Shown here piece by piece: positions 10,010-20,031 of a DNA stretch of 64,000 bases. The DNA is taken from the NCBI GenBank assembly GCA_963816145.1, contig CAWFJP010000009.1, forward strand, positions 95,917 to 159,916, read 5' to 3'. The notes under the pieces were generated by a model. The model worked only from the letters and a program-made list of their open reading frames with translations, made no database searches and was not told where the DNA came from. The translations under genes and the position numbers were made by a program. Numbering within the stretch: position 1 is the first letter of the stretch; every line of letters begins with the position of its first letter. This DNA comes from an uncultured delta proteobacterium (lineage in GTDB: Bacteria; Desulfobacterota; Binatia; UBA9968).

Positions 10010-11026
10010 ATGCTTCCAATTCGAATGCCGGCAACGTTAATGGCGATTTCGTTGTTCGCGGTCTTTCTTCCGCCACGCATACTTGCCCAGACCAAAATCA
10101 CCATCGGTGTTGCGGCGATGAGCCCGCGGACGATTCCGTTGCTGATTGCCCAGGAGCAGGGGCTGTTCGCTAAGCACGGCCTCGAAGCGCGCATCGTACT
10201 GATCCGCGGCGCGCCCACGCTGGTGGCCAGTCTGATCTCGGGCGATCTCGAAGTCGGGTATACCGGCGGCCCCGCGGTGGTCGGCGCGGCGGCCCAAGGG
10301 ATCTATCTACGAATCCTTTCTTCGATATCGAGCCGGCTCACCCACACTTTGATCGCCAATCCCAGCATCAAAACTGCCGAGCAGCTGCGCGGCAAGCGCA
10401 TGGGTATTCAAAGCATCGGCGGCAGCACTTGGATGCACACCATGCTGGCGCTCGAACATCTCGGCCTCGAGCCGAAGCGCGACAACGTCAGCTTGTTGGT
10501 GATCGGCGATTCGGTATTGATCGGCCAATCCCTCGAAGTCGGGCGGATTGACGCGGCAACGCTTGACGGCGCCCTGGTGCGCCGGTTGCGCAGCAAAGGA
10601 TTCAGCGCCATTGTCGACCTGACGCCGCACAATATTCCAATGGTAAACCAAGCGATTGTTGTGTCACCGGAGTTCCTACAAAAGCGTGGCGATGTCGCCG
10701 AGCGAATACTCATGGCTCTGGTCGATAGCCTGGCGTTCACGCTGGCGCCGCAAAACAAGGCGGTGGTGACGAAGACGATGATGAAGCGATTCCAGTTCAG
10801 CGATCCCGCGGTCGGCGAGGAGGGTTATCAAGATTTACAAATAAGCATCGAGCGCAAACCGTTCCCATCGATCGATGCCTTGCGCAACGTCCGCCGCCTG
10901 ATGGCCACACAGAATCCCAAGGTCGCCAACGTGAAGATTGAAGAGCTGATCGATAATCGGATTATCCGCAAACTGGATGAGAACGGTTACATCGACAAAG
11001 TGGCGGCGGGATATGGACTCAAGTGA
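10010..11026 (+). CDS. ABC substrate-binding protein, SsuA/NMT1/THI5-like
   Basis: 338 aa, signal peptide, [29 protein letters not shown]. Confidence 0.85.
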   Translation: MLPIRMPATLMAISLFAVFLPPRILAQTKITIGVAAMSPRTIPLLIAQEQGLFAKHGLEARIVLIRGAPTLVASLISGDLEVGYTGGPAVVGAAAQGIYLRILSSISSRLTHTLIANPSIKTAEQLRGKRMGIQSIGGSTWMHTMLALEHLGLEPKRDNVSLLVIGDSVLIGQSLEVGRIDAATLDGALVRRLRSKGFSAIVDLTPHNIPMVNQAIVVSPEFLQKRGDVAERILMALVDSLAFTLAPQNKAVVTKTMMKRFQFSDPAVGEEGYQDLQISIERKPFPSIDALRNVRRLMATQNPKVANVKIEELIDNRIIRKLDENGYIDKVAAGYGLK

Positions 11027-11049
11027 GTCGCGGTTACGGTCCGAATCGA

Positions 11050-11388
11050 CTGCGACATTGGAAATGACGCGGCCCACAAATGATGACGATCATGCCAGTG
11101 AAGCACAGACCGACTCGAACCCAATCCGCCATACTTGGTCGAACAGAATTGACCGCCCATAACCAAACAACCGCGACATTGATGTAGACAACAATACGCT
11201 GCGTACACACGACCTGCGGGCTGGGGATGCAGTGTCAAGAGCCAAGCAAACGCTAGTAAACTAAACGCCGCCGGCACAAGCAGCCAAGCCGAACGGCCAT
11301 GCTTCAACCAGAGACGGGGTTAGTAGCAGCGGATGATCTCAGCAAGAGTGGTAACGATTAACCGAGCAGAGGTTTTGAGGATTTCCAT
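11050..11388 (-). pseudogene. ynfA: YnfA/UPF0060 small membrane protein, disrupted
   Basis: MEILKT...LAEIIRCY*PRLWLK...SAWLLVPAA...[14 protein letters not shown], then frameshift to [16 protein letters not shown]...[10 protein letters not shown]; one stop plus one frameshift; 3' end approximate. Confidence 0.8.
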
Positions 11389-11479
11389 TTAGCATCTACG
11401 GCATCTCCCTGCCGCCGCTTTCTGCGCTAACCGTAGCTGCGCTGCTCTTGCGCAGCGCTGCACCGAATCGGCGGCGATT

Positions 11480-13411
11480 TCATATAAATTGAGATCTCGG
11501 CCGACAGTGCATCCATTCCCATGCGATGATCGTGGCCCCGAGCGCCAATCCCGCGAAATCGGCAAATACCAGCAACGTGGTTGTCGATGGCAATAGCAAA
11601 AGCAAGCTGGCGATCCAGAGTAAGCCGCGCTTGGTCAAGGTTAGTGGACGAAATAAGTAGCCGGCGCAGCCGGCACTGAGCAGGATTACGCCGATGCTGG
11701 CGGTGACGATGGCGATGACAACTTCGCGGGCTGTGCCGATAAAAATGAGCGGAGGGTGGAGCGCGAAGATGAACGGCACGAGGTAAGCGGCGATGCCCAA
11801 GCGCATGGCGGTCCAGCCGGTTTGCCAGAAGTTGGCATGGGCAATGGACGCGGCGATGTAGACGGGCAAACAGTCCGGCGGCGTGATCAGTGACACCATG
11901 CCGAAGTAAAAAAGAAACAAATGCGCGGCCAGCGGTGGAATTCCGAGTTGGATGAGCGCCGGTGCCGCCAGGACGGCAAGGGTGATGTAGACGACGGTAG
12001 TCGGCAGCGGCAAACCGAGGAACAGGCAGCCGACGGCTGTGATGAGCAGCAACAGATAGATATTGTTGCCGGAAAGGGTGACCAGCAGAAGAGAGATCTT
12101 GAATGTGAAGCCGGACAGATGGAGGGCGCCGATGACGATGCCGGCCAGCGCGGTGATGACGGCGATATCGAGCAAAGTCTTGCCCGTTTCTTCGAATGCC
12201 GCAACGATTTTCTTGAAGGACGGACGGGTTTCCTTTTGCAGTGCGCCGACGACGAGGACGCCGATGACCGCCACCATGCCGGCTTTGCCGGCTTCCCAGT
12301 TCTCGATCATCAGGGTGTAGACGAGAATCGACAGCGGAATCAGGAACACCCATCCCAAGCGGATCACGCTGAGAAATTTCGGGATTTGCTCTCTAGGGAG
12401 TCCTACCAGGCCGCGTTTTGCAGCTTCCAAATCGATTTGCGTGAACAGGGCGAGATAGTAAAGCGCCGCCGGGATCGAAGCGGCCAGGGCGATTTGTCCG
12501 TAGGGAATATTTAAAAATTCGGCCATGAGAAATGCCGCGGCGCCCATCACCGGCGGTGTGATCTGGCCGCCGTTCGAGGCGACCGCTTCGATTGCGGCAG
12601 CGAGATGGCCGGGAAATCCCGTGCTCTTCATCAACGGGATGGTGATGGCGCCGTCAACCACGACGTTGGCCACTGCGCTGCCGGACACCGTGCCGAACAG
12701 GGCTGACGAGACCACCGATACTTTAGCCGGGCCGCCGCGATAGCGACCGGTGGCGATGAGCGCGAGGTCAGTGAGAAATTTGTCGCCGCCGACCGCGTAG
12801 AGTGCTTGGCCAAATAGGATGAATGCGACAACCACGCCGGCGGCGACGTCGAGGGGCAGGCCGAGCATGCCGTTGGAGTCCAAATACAAATAACTGGCGA
12901 TACGCGCCCAGGACGGACTCTTGGAATAGAATATGCCAGGCATGTATTCGGCGAATCTGGTGTAAAGAATTACCCCGAGCGCGAGCCAGGCGAGTGTGCC
13001 GCCGGCGACGCGGCGGGTCGCTTCGAGCAGAAGGAGGATCGCCAGGCCGCCGAAGATCCAGCGGTCGGGTGAGAGAATGCCAAGACGATAGGCGATGGTC
13101 GGATAGAGGATCGTGACGTAAAGTCCGATCGCCATACCGCCGACGGCAAGCAGCCAGTCGTACCATGGAACTCGATTGCCGGTTTGTTTGGGAAAAGCTT
13201 TGACGGCGAGAAACACACTTCCGAGGCCGAGGGCGAGAAACAACGCGAGATATTGCTGCTTGAAGAACGTGACTTCGAAGTGGTGGTGAATTTCCAGTGC
13301 CCACAATGAACCGAGCACGGTGATCGTGATCAGCAAGGTGCGCAGGATCGCGGCCGGCGCGCCGCTTAGATTGCGGAATCTCCCTGGTGTAGCGGCGAGC
13401 TCGTCACTCAT
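11480..13411 (-). CDS. TAXI-type TRAP transporter fused 4TM/12TM permease
   Basis: 643 aa hydrophobic protein; GGPAKVSV, SGSAVANVV, EAVASNGGQITPPVMGAAAF, ITPP. Confidence 0.92.
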   Translation of the reverse strand: MSDELAATPGRFRNLSGAPAAILRTLLITITVLGSLWALEIHHHFEVTFFKQQYLALFLALGLGSVFLAVKAFPKQTGNRVPWYDWLLAVGGMAIGLYVTILYPTIAYRLGILSPDRWIFGGLAILLLLEATRRVAGGTLAWLALGVILYTRFAEYMPGIFYSKSPSWARIASYLYLDSNGMLGLPLDVAAGVVVAFILFGQALYAVGGDKFLTDLALIATGRYRGGPAKVSVVSSALFGTVSGSAVANVVVDGAITIPLMKSTGFPGHLAAAIEAVASNGGQITPPVMGAAAFLMAEFLNIPYGQIALAASIPAALYYLALFTQIDLEAAKRGLVGLPREQIPKFLSVIRLGWVFLIPLSILVYTLMIENWEAGKAGMVAVIGVLVVGALQKETRPSFKKIVAAFEETGKTLLDIAVITALAGIVIGALHLSGFTFKISLLLVTLSGNNIYLLLLITAVGCLFLGLPLPTTVVYITLAVLAAPALIQLGIPPLAAHLFLFYFGMVSLITPPDCLPVYIAASIAHANFWQTGWTAMRLGIAAYLVPFIFALHPPLIFIGTAREVVIAIVTASIGVILLSAGCAGYLFRPLTLTKRGLLWIASLLLLLPSTTTLLVFADFAGLALGATIIAWEWMHCRPRSQFI

Positions 13412-13529
13412 TACATAAAACCAGGCGGTTCAACCGCTGGGCTCTGTTCAAACCGTTCAACCGCTTTACTCCGTTCAAGACGCTCCGGTCGTTACCGTCC
13501 GCCAGGAACGCAAGACTCCGGACACCTGA

Positions 13530-14570
13530 CTACGGATTCACCGCTAGTAGCCGTTTCTGTGCCTCGTCCATCTTGGCGTTCCAGAGATTTTTTTCCTTGT
13601 AGAATTGCACCGCCGCCGGATGATACGGAATCGTCACGTCGGCGGAGGCGGCGCGCTCGCGCGTCCATTCCTGAAACTGCGGGTGCAGCGGCGGCAGCTT
13701 TTCGATATTGTCCCAGATCGATTTGAGCGAGTGAGCGACGACTTCGTTGGACAGGCCTTTATGGCCGATCCAGTAAAGATCGTAGGACAGCACGCAGGTG
13801 TCACCAATGATTCCGGTCGAGGCTCCCGATTTTATCGTGACGATGGAATAGCCGGGAACCGCTTTTCTGACCCGCGCGTCGCCCTGGGGCGTGCAGTCGA
13901 GGGATAGATAGCGGACACCGACGGCGGCGTCGGCTTCTTTGACTTTGGCGGCGCCGATGGAGTGATTGGTGACGTCGGCGCGGCCTTGCACGACCGCGTC
14001 GACCCCTTCGTTCAATGCCGGAACCGGCACGATCTTGACGTCGTCCCAGGTTAGATTGGCGCTCGCGAGCCCGGCATAGAGGTGGTACCAGATTGCGATG
14101 TTGGCCGGATATTCTCCGGTCACCCGCTTTCCTTTCACGTCGTGCGCGGTTTTAATTGGCGAGTCTTTGCGCACGATCATACTCACAGTCAATGGTGATC
14201 CGCGCATGATTAGGCGGGCGCCAGGGACATGCGGCAGGGGATTGCGCCCGCCGATTTTGAGCTTCGCCGGTCCCTGATATGCGAGGTTGATCTCGACGGC
14301 GTTGATGATGGCGAAGTCTAGCTCGCCGCTTTCGATTAGCGGCAAGAGCGTGCTCGAGCCGGTGTAAGGTTGAAGGATCAATTGCATCGGACCGGCGCCA
14401 GTGATGACTTTACCGAGGCCGGCGCCGATGGCGTAGAATGCCGTGCCGGCGGGGTTCGTGCCGATGGTGGTCGAAGCCGGAAGCTTTTGAGCGCGGGCGT
14501 TACTCGAGGTCCCGAACAGCAGAAGAACGGCGATTAATTTACTCAGCTTGCGCCGCAAAACAAATCTCAT
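13530..14570 (-). CDS. TAXI-family TRAP solute-binding protein
   Basis: IGTNPAGTAFY and IPYHPAAVQFYKE; directly upstream of the fused permease. Confidence 0.9.
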   Translation of the reverse strand: MRFVLRRKLSKLIAVLLLFGTSSNARAQKLPASTTIGTNPAGTAFYAIGAGLGKVITGAGPMQLILQPYTGSSTLLPLIESGELDFAIINAVEINLAYQGPAKLKIGGRNPLPHVPGARLIMRGSPLTVSMIVRKDSPIKTAHDVKGKRVTGEYPANIAIWYHLYAGLASANLTWDDVKIVPVPALNEGVDAVVQGRADVTNHSIGAAKVKEADAAVGVRYLSLDCTPQGDARVRKAVPGYSIVTIKSGASTGIIGDTCVLSYDLYWIGHKGLSNEVVAHSLKSIWDNIEKLPPLHPQFQEWTRERAASADVTIPYHPAAVQFYKEKNLWNAKMDEAQKRLLAVNP

Positions 14571-14638
14571 CTTGCCCTCCAATAGTTTGCGCCCGTGCTG
14601 TAACTGAGTCCAAAACCCGGCGCGCGAAATTCATGTCC

Positions 14639-15664
14639 TCACGGCCTCCAGGCTAATAGTTTTTTCTGCGCCTCGTCCATTTTCGCCGACCAAACGCCGG
14701 CGTCTTTGAAATAGCGAACCGCGGCCGGATGGTAGGGGATTGTCACTTCGGGGTCGACGGCCCGGGCCTTAGTCCACTCGACGAAGCCCGGGTGGAACTG
14801 CGGCAATTTATCGATATTGACCCAGATCGCTTGCAACACGCTGCGCACAACGGGGTCAGGCAGTTTGGCGTGGCCGACCAGATAAATGTCATAGGTATAG
14901 GCGCAGATATCTTCGAGGATGCCATTCGACGAGCCGGCCTTTACCGTCGACAGATAGTAGCCGGGTATAGCTTTCTTGATCCGTTCTTCGCCCAGCTTGG
15001 AGCAGTCTAGTGATAGGAAGCGAATGCCGATTGCGGCATCGGCTTCTTTCAACTTCGCCGAACCGATGGCGTGGGTGGTGACATCGGCACGGCCTTGAAT
15101 TAGGGCGTCTACGCCTTCGTTGACGGCGGGAACCGGCACGACTTTGACATCATTCCAGCCGAGGCCGGCGTTCGAGAGCGCGCCGAACATGTTGTACCAG
15201 ACCGCAAGCTGGGCCGGATACTCCCCTGTGGCGCGCTTGCCTCTGACATCGGCCAAGGTTTTGATCGGCGAATCTTTGCGCACGATAAAACTGCTGCGCA
15301 GCGGCGAGCCGCGCATAATCAGCCGTGAACTGGCGACATGAGGAAATGGATTGCGGCCGCCGACTTTAAAATTGACGCCGCGGTAAACCATACCCATGTC
15401 GACGGCGTTGACCACGCCGAAATCGAGTTCAGCGCTGTCGAACAGCGGCACGAAGGTGCTGGTGCCGGCATAGGGTTGGACCTGCGCTTGTATCGCTGCC
15501 GCATCGCTCACCACCTTCGCCAAACCGCTAGCCAAGGAGTAGAACAGCGAACCTGGCGGGTTGGAGCCGATGGCGACGGATTTTGGTAGTTGCTGGGCTT
15601 GGCTACCGGTGACGACGATTAGAAAAGCGCTGGCGATCAAATGACAAACAAAACCTCGACGCAT
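14639..15664 (-). CDS. TAXI-family TRAP solute-binding protein (tandem paralog)
   Basis: IGSNPPGSLFY and IPYHPAAVRYFKD; highly similar to 13530-14570. Confidence 0.9.
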   Translation of the reverse strand: MRRGFVCHLIASAFLIVVTGSQAQQLPKSVAIGSNPPGSLFYSLASGLAKVVSDAAAIQAQVQPYAGTSTFVPLFDSAELDFGVVNAVDMGMVYRGVNFKVGGRNPFPHVASSRLIMRGSPLRSSFIVRKDSPIKTLADVRGKRATGEYPAQLAVWYNMFGALSNAGLGWNDVKVVPVPAVNEGVDALIQGRADVTTHAIGSAKLKEADAAIGIRFLSLDCSKLGEERIKKAIPGYYLSTVKAGSSNGILEDICAYTYDIYLVGHAKLPDPVVRSVLQAIWVNIDKLPQFHPGFVEWTKARAVDPEVTIPYHPAAVRYFKDAGVWSAKMDEAQKKLLAWRP

Positions 15665-15810
15665 GAAACCTCCTCGGCAAATCGCCGGTCACTGTAATGC
15701 GAACCGGTGACAGCGTCAACGATATTGTCGGTAATTTGCGAGAATGAATGATAGCGTCGGCTATCGCCATATTGAGGCGACCGGCTGGTCACCCCATCAT
15801 TTGGCCGAAC

Positions 15811-16962
15811 TTACTTCCCCCACAACTCTTTGGTCGCCAGCCTGGCCCCTTCGGCCATGGCTTCGAATTTGGCCCAGCAGATTTGCGGGCTGCCGACTCG
15901 CGGGCCCAAGCCGCAGTCGGTGCCAGCCATGATGTTTTCTTTGCCGACGATCTTGGCGTAGCGGATCAATCGGTCGGCGATTGCCTGCGGATGTTCGACG
16001 ATATCAGTGGCGTGGCCAACGACACCGGGGACCAGGACTTTGCCGGCAGGGAGTTTTACTTCCTCCCAGACGCGCCATTCGTGTTCGTGGCGCGGGTTAG
16101 CCGCTTCGATCGATATCGTGTTGGCGTTCACCTTCAGAATGATGTCGATGATGTCGCGCAGCGGGATGTCGTATTTGTGCGGGCCATGATAGCTGCCCCA
16201 GCAGGTGTGAAAGCGCACGCGGTCGGGAGGGACGTCACGCAAGCCGTGATTGAGCGCTTCGACGCGCAGTTCGGCATACTTGCGATACTCCGGCACCGAC
16301 ATGTTGGACATGAACTGCCAGCCGTCCGGCAGATCCGGGTCGTCGATTTGCAGCAAGAAGCCGGCGCCGGCGATGGCTTTGTATTCTTCGTGCATGGCAT
16401 CGGCGATGGCAACCAGATAGGCCTCGTCGCTCGGGTAATAGTCGTTTTTCATCCAGTGCTCGATGGTCCCTGGAGCGACGGCGGGAAGAAACGCTTCTTC
16501 GTACTTCTGATCTTGCAGACCGGCCTTGAAGTCGGCAATCTCCGCGGTCAACGATGCATGGCCGACGTATTTCAACGGCGCGTTACAAAATACCCGTTTG
16601 ACGTTGTCGCCACGATGGGATGTGCGCGCGTTGAAGTAATCGCTGAACTCGGTCAAATCCCTGGCGAAGATCGTTGAGGTGTGGTCGCTGGCTTTAACTT
16701 CGCGCTCGATGAAGCCGCTCAACCGGTCGCGGGCGTAGCGTGAGAAGTTGGATTTGCCCTGTTCGCCGTCGTTGATGATGTCAAGGCCGCAGGCGATTTG
16801 TTTCTTAACGATATCGGCGACGGCGCCGGTGACGCGTCTGCTAAACGCCTGCTCGTCTACGGGAGTCCCAGCGGTGCGCGCATTGTGCAGTTCTTTTAAG
16901 TCGGCCGGCAGCGGCAGGGCGCCGGCGTGGGTAGTTAAAATTCTGTCGGTACTGTATATCAT
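15811..16962 (-). CDS. Cobalamin-independent methionine synthase II family (single-barrel MetE-like Zn thiol-alkyltransferase)
   Basis: ILTTHAGALP, DGEQGK, LQIDDP, Zn ligands HTCWG and GTDCGLG, ANPRHEHEW. Confidence 0.88.
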   Translation of the reverse strand: MIYSTDRILTTHAGALPLPADLKELHNARTAGTPVDEQAFSRRVTGAVADIVKKQIACGLDIINDGEQGKSNFSRYARDRLSGFIEREVKASDHTSTIFARDLTEFSDYFNARTSHRGDNVKRVFCNAPLKYVGHASLTAEIADFKAGLQDQKYEEAFLPAVAPGTIEHWMKNDYYPSDEAYLVAIADAMHEEYKAIAGAGFLLQIDDPDLPDGWQFMSNMSVPEYRKYAELRVEALNHGLRDVPPDRVRFHTCWGSYHGPHKYDIPLRDIIDIILKVNANTISIEAANPRHEHEWRVWEEVKLPAGKVLVPGVVGHATDIVEHPQAIADRLIRYAKIVGKENIMAGTDCGLGPRVGSPQICWAKFEAMAEGARLATKELWGK

Positions 16963-16986
16963 TTACAATTCTACTTTCTTAAAACC

Positions 16987-17068
16987 GATTGGAACCTGTG
17001 GAACATTTGGAACGATTGGAACAGACCGCGCGGTTCCATAGGTTCCAGTCGTTCCAATTGTTCCAAAT
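16987..17068. repeat. Palindrome of four TGGAAC units followed by four GTTCCA units at about 9-nt spacing
   Basis: ttggaac-ctgtggaac-atttggaac-gattggaac ... gttcca-taggttcca-gtcgttcca-attgttcca. Confidence 0.75.
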
Positions 17069-17088
17069 AGATTCGGAACTCAAGATTT

Positions 17089-18069
17089 TCATTTGAACGA
17101 TTCCCCGGGCTTTTGCGCAAAGCTGAAATCGAACACCCGCTCCGGCGGTGGCGGTTGGGCGAGTTTCGTGCGCTGGGCGGCGGTGACGATCATTTCGCGC
17201 TGGAGTTTTTCATCGACGATGCCCGAGGTCGACAAGTAACCCACCGCAGCCTCGTAAACGCGCTCGGCATACTTGTCGCGGTCTTTACCCATATCGAGAA
17301 ACGGTCCGCGAATGAACTCAATGCCATACTTTTTATCGTTGCGGAACAGTCGGAGTGCTTTCTGCGTGGCGCGGATGACCTTGGTCACCAGTTCCGGTTT
17401 CTCATTGATGACCGCTTTGGTGGTCGTAAGACCCCCCTGCACGGCGCGATAGACATCGGCGCCCGCGGCGATCTTGCGAAAACCCTCGTCGACGGCGATA
17501 AAATTCTGCGGAATTTGCAGCATGGTGGCTTCGATGGTGCCGGCTTTCAAAGCCACCCAGGTAATGTCGCTGGTGCCGAGGGGCAGCATCGTTACCTGAT
17601 CTAGCGGGATTTTGTTGGCGATCAAAATCTGCCGGGCAATGATCTCGGTCAGCGATCCTGGCGCGGAAATGCCGATTTTTTTGCCGCGCAGCTGCGCCAC
17701 GCCGGTAATGCTCGGCAGGGAGATCATATCAAAGGATGGCTTGTCGGAGAGCGCGAAGACGACCCGGACATCGGCGCCGTTTACAGCGGCACTGATGGCG
17801 GTACCGGTGGCGGTGCCGAAGTCGACACCGCCGGCGAGCATTGCCTGAACCGTTTGGATCGCCTTCATGAAAATAAACTCCGGCTCGAGGCCTTCCTCGC
17901 GGAAGAAGCCGCGGTCGCGGGCAATGATAAACGGCATATCGAGAGTGCTACGCGACACGTAGGCGATGCGGAAGGTCGAGAGCTTGGCGGATCTCTCCGC
18001 CGACCATAGCGTTCCCGGACATATGATGAGTACAGCTACCAAAGCGGTCAGAATCCGTGATCGTTTCAT
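17089..18069 (-). CDS. ABC substrate-binding protein, SsuA/NMT1/THI5-like
   Basis: Signal peptide, PFIIARDRGFFREEGL, LRGKKIGISAPGS. Confidence 0.85.
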   Translation of the reverse strand: MKRSRILTALVAVLIICPGTLWSAERSAKLSTFRIAYVSRSTLDMPFIIARDRGFFREEGLEPEFIFMKAIQTVQAMLAGGVDFGTATGTAISAAVNGADVRVVFALSDKPSFDMISLPSITGVAQLRGKKIGISAPGSLTEIIARQILIANKIPLDQVTMLPLGTSDITWVALKAGTIEATMLQIPQNFIAVDEGFRKIAAGADVYRAVQGGLTTTKAVINEKPELVTKVIRATQKALRLFRNDKKYGIEFIRGPFLDMGKDRDKYAERVYEAAVGYLSTSGIVDEKLQREMIVTAAQRTKLAQPPPPERVFDFSFAQKPGESFK

Positions 18070-18137
18070 GGCTAACCCCTCCATGGCTCAGCGAGGCTGG
18101 CGAACCTTTGCCTCCACACCCCGGACGCTAAACGATC

Positions 18138-18803
18138 TCAAGCATAGGTGTCGTATATCCCGTCGAACTTGTTGATCTTGAAGCGCACCATATTCTTCGC
18201 CGCGGCCCGAACCACTTCTTTGTCGCGATCGGTGATGGCGAACTTCGCCACGGTGTCGGCCGCCATGGCGGTGTGTTCCATATCGACTTTACCGTGAACC
18301 GTGAAGAATGTCCGCGCCCGAGCGTCGAGGCCATAGTGTTTCCCCAAGGCCTCATCGAATTCTTCGGAGTAGCGTTGCACCATGGTTTCATTGACCAGCG
18401 CGCCAACGCGGGTTTCTGCCGGCGCGCCGACGAGCATGCCGCGGACGATCGCTCCGGTATGGGCGACGCATTCAAAAATCATGATGCCGTCGTCGAAGTC
18501 GGCGTCGGTGAGCCCCATGGCCAAACCGAAGCGTCGCATGAGACCGGGATGAGATTGCTCCTCGGTGAACAGCTCGATGAACTGCTCGTACATGGCCTGG
18601 TTGTTGGCGTTGCGGACCATCGAAAAGGCCAGTCCTTTGTTGATCACGTGGTTCGACAAGTAGTGCTGGACGGCAAAGCCTTGCAGCCGTTTCTTCGACA
18701 ACTTGCCGGCGCGCAGCTCGGTGAAGAAGCGCGTGTTCATCAACTGATCCACGCCTGGGCGGATGATTTCCTTGAGAACCGATTCGACGAATGGGTTGGA
18801 CAT
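18138..18803 (-). CDS. Heme-oxygenase-like diiron protein (CADD/PqqC/TenA superfamily)
   Basis: LRAGKLS..L..FAVQHY, EEQSH, VNE and FFTVHGKVDMEH give an E/H/E/H/D/H ligand set; start after GAGGGG. Confidence 0.75.
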   Translation of the reverse strand: MSNPFVESVLKEIIRPGVDQLMNTRFFTELRAGKLSKKRLQGFAVQHYLSNHVINKGLAFSMVRNANNQAMYEQFIELFTEEQSHPGLMRRFGLAMGLTDADFDDGIMIFECVAHTGAIVRGMLVGAPAETRVGALVNETMVQRYSEEFDEALGKHYGLDARARTFFTVHGKVDMEHTAMAADTVAKFAITDRDKEVVRAAAKNMVRFKINKFDGIYDTYA

Positions 18804-18935
18804 AAGCGTTCCCCTCGTTAAATATTTTGTATGCAAACACTGGCAGAGGGAGGGATGAACTGTCAAGCCGGGCAGAATTGGTTTGACAGAGAACTGTGCG
18901 GCGACTAAACGTTAGAACGTTGTCTGGATGTGGAT

Positions 18936-19778
18936 ATGCCAATCGCAAAGTTGGCCGGCCTACAAATCTATTACGAAACGCAGGGTAGCGGCGAGCCCGT
19001 GCTGCTCGCGCCGGCGTCCTGGTGGCCGTCCGATACTTGGAACGTCGGTGTCGTGCCGTTTCTATCGAAGCGTTTCAAAACCATCGTTTTTGACTGCCGC
19101 GGCACCGGTCGAAGCAGCCAGCCGAAGGACGGTTACACGGTGGCGCAGTTCGCGCAGGATTGCCTTGGCTTGTTAGCGCACCTCGGCATATCGCGTTGCC
19201 ACGCCGTTGGCTTTGCGCTCGGTGGGCAGATGATGCAAGCCATGGCGATCGAGCGGCCCGATGTGGTTGCTACGCTGACCATCGCCGCATCGGGGGCAGG
19301 CACGAAGACGCTTGCAGGCGGGCAAAGAAGTTTGTCGCCGGACACGGAACGGGAAATTCGCGTGATCGGTTTCGAGCGCTACATTCGCAACTATATCGAG
19401 AACGACACCATGGCATTCAATCCGCAATTCTACCGCGGGCACGGCGAGGTAGTGGCGGCGTTGGCGGATGCGGTGTGGTCGGGCCAGAGCACCGTGGAAT
19501 TGTTTCGCCGCCATGAAGACGCGCGGCTTACTTGGGACACATTGGGAAAGGCGGTCGAAGTCAAAGTGCCGACGCTGATTCTATGCGGTGCGGACGATGA
19601 TGTGGCGCGCCGCGGCAGCACGCCGGTGGGCACGGCCAAGCGCCTCGCCGAACTGACAGCGGGCAGTGAATTGTTTCTAATTCCTAATACCAAGCATATG
19701 ACGTTCTGGGAGGGCAGCGGTGGGCTGATTGCGTTGGAAGATTTCTTCTTGCGTCATCCGATTGGCACTCAGCGATAA
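18936..19778 (+). CDS. Alpha/beta-hydrolase-fold protein lacking the Ser nucleophile (paralog 1)
   Basis: IYYETQGSGEPVLL, DCRGTGRS, elbow HAVGFALGG, PTLILCGADD, KHMTFW. Confidence 0.85.
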   Translation: MPIAKLAGLQIYYETQGSGEPVLLAPASWWPSDTWNVGVVPFLSKRFKTIVFDCRGTGRSSQPKDGYTVAQFAQDCLGLLAHLGISRCHAVGFALGGQMMQAMAIERPDVVATLTIAASGAGTKTLAGGQRSLSPDTEREIRVIGFERYIRNYIENDTMAFNPQFYRGHGEVVAALADAVWSGQSTVELFRRHEDARLTWDTLGKAVEVKVPTLILCGADDDVARRGSTPVGTAKRLAELTAGSELFLIPNTKHMTFWEGSGGLIALEDFFLRHPIGTQR

Positions 19779-19822
19779 CATTTCGTTTGAGATCGAAGTG
19801 GCTCTCGCGCTACAAACTAAGA

Positions 19823-19940
19823 AGGGCGACCGACCGGTCGCCCCTACGGCGGAATCGGATATTTAACCGCAGAGTACGCAAAGTACGCAAAATAAATCCG
19901 ACGATGAAATTCCGAGGTAGGGGCGTATGGCATACGCCCT
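19823..19940. repeat. Pair of GTAG-type REP hairpins in inverted orientation
   Basis: agggcgaccgaccggtcgcccctac (19823-19847) and gtaggggcgtatggcatacgccct (19917-19940). Confidence 0.7.
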
Positions 19941-20031
19941 GGTGGGTGGAGCAGCGGTCCAGTGGCTTGATGATTCACGATGGCACGACATGTTTAAAGT
20001 TTTGCGAAATGAACGACTGGTGAGGTGAACG

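Noticed and set aside
11030-11470. ynfA as a second integron cassette (GTTAGCG upstream, CCGTAAC downstream)
   Set aside because: The two ends are not complementary and no L boxes or attC stem could be built
15811-16962. Calling this gene metE or epoxyalkane:CoM transferase
   Set aside because: Single-barrel protein only, with no methionine, CoM or alkene monooxygenase context
16987-17068. Possible CRISPR array (also 2651-2732 and 29231-29311)
   Set aside because: Units are only 7-9 nt with no unique 25-45 nt spacers, and no cas genes are present
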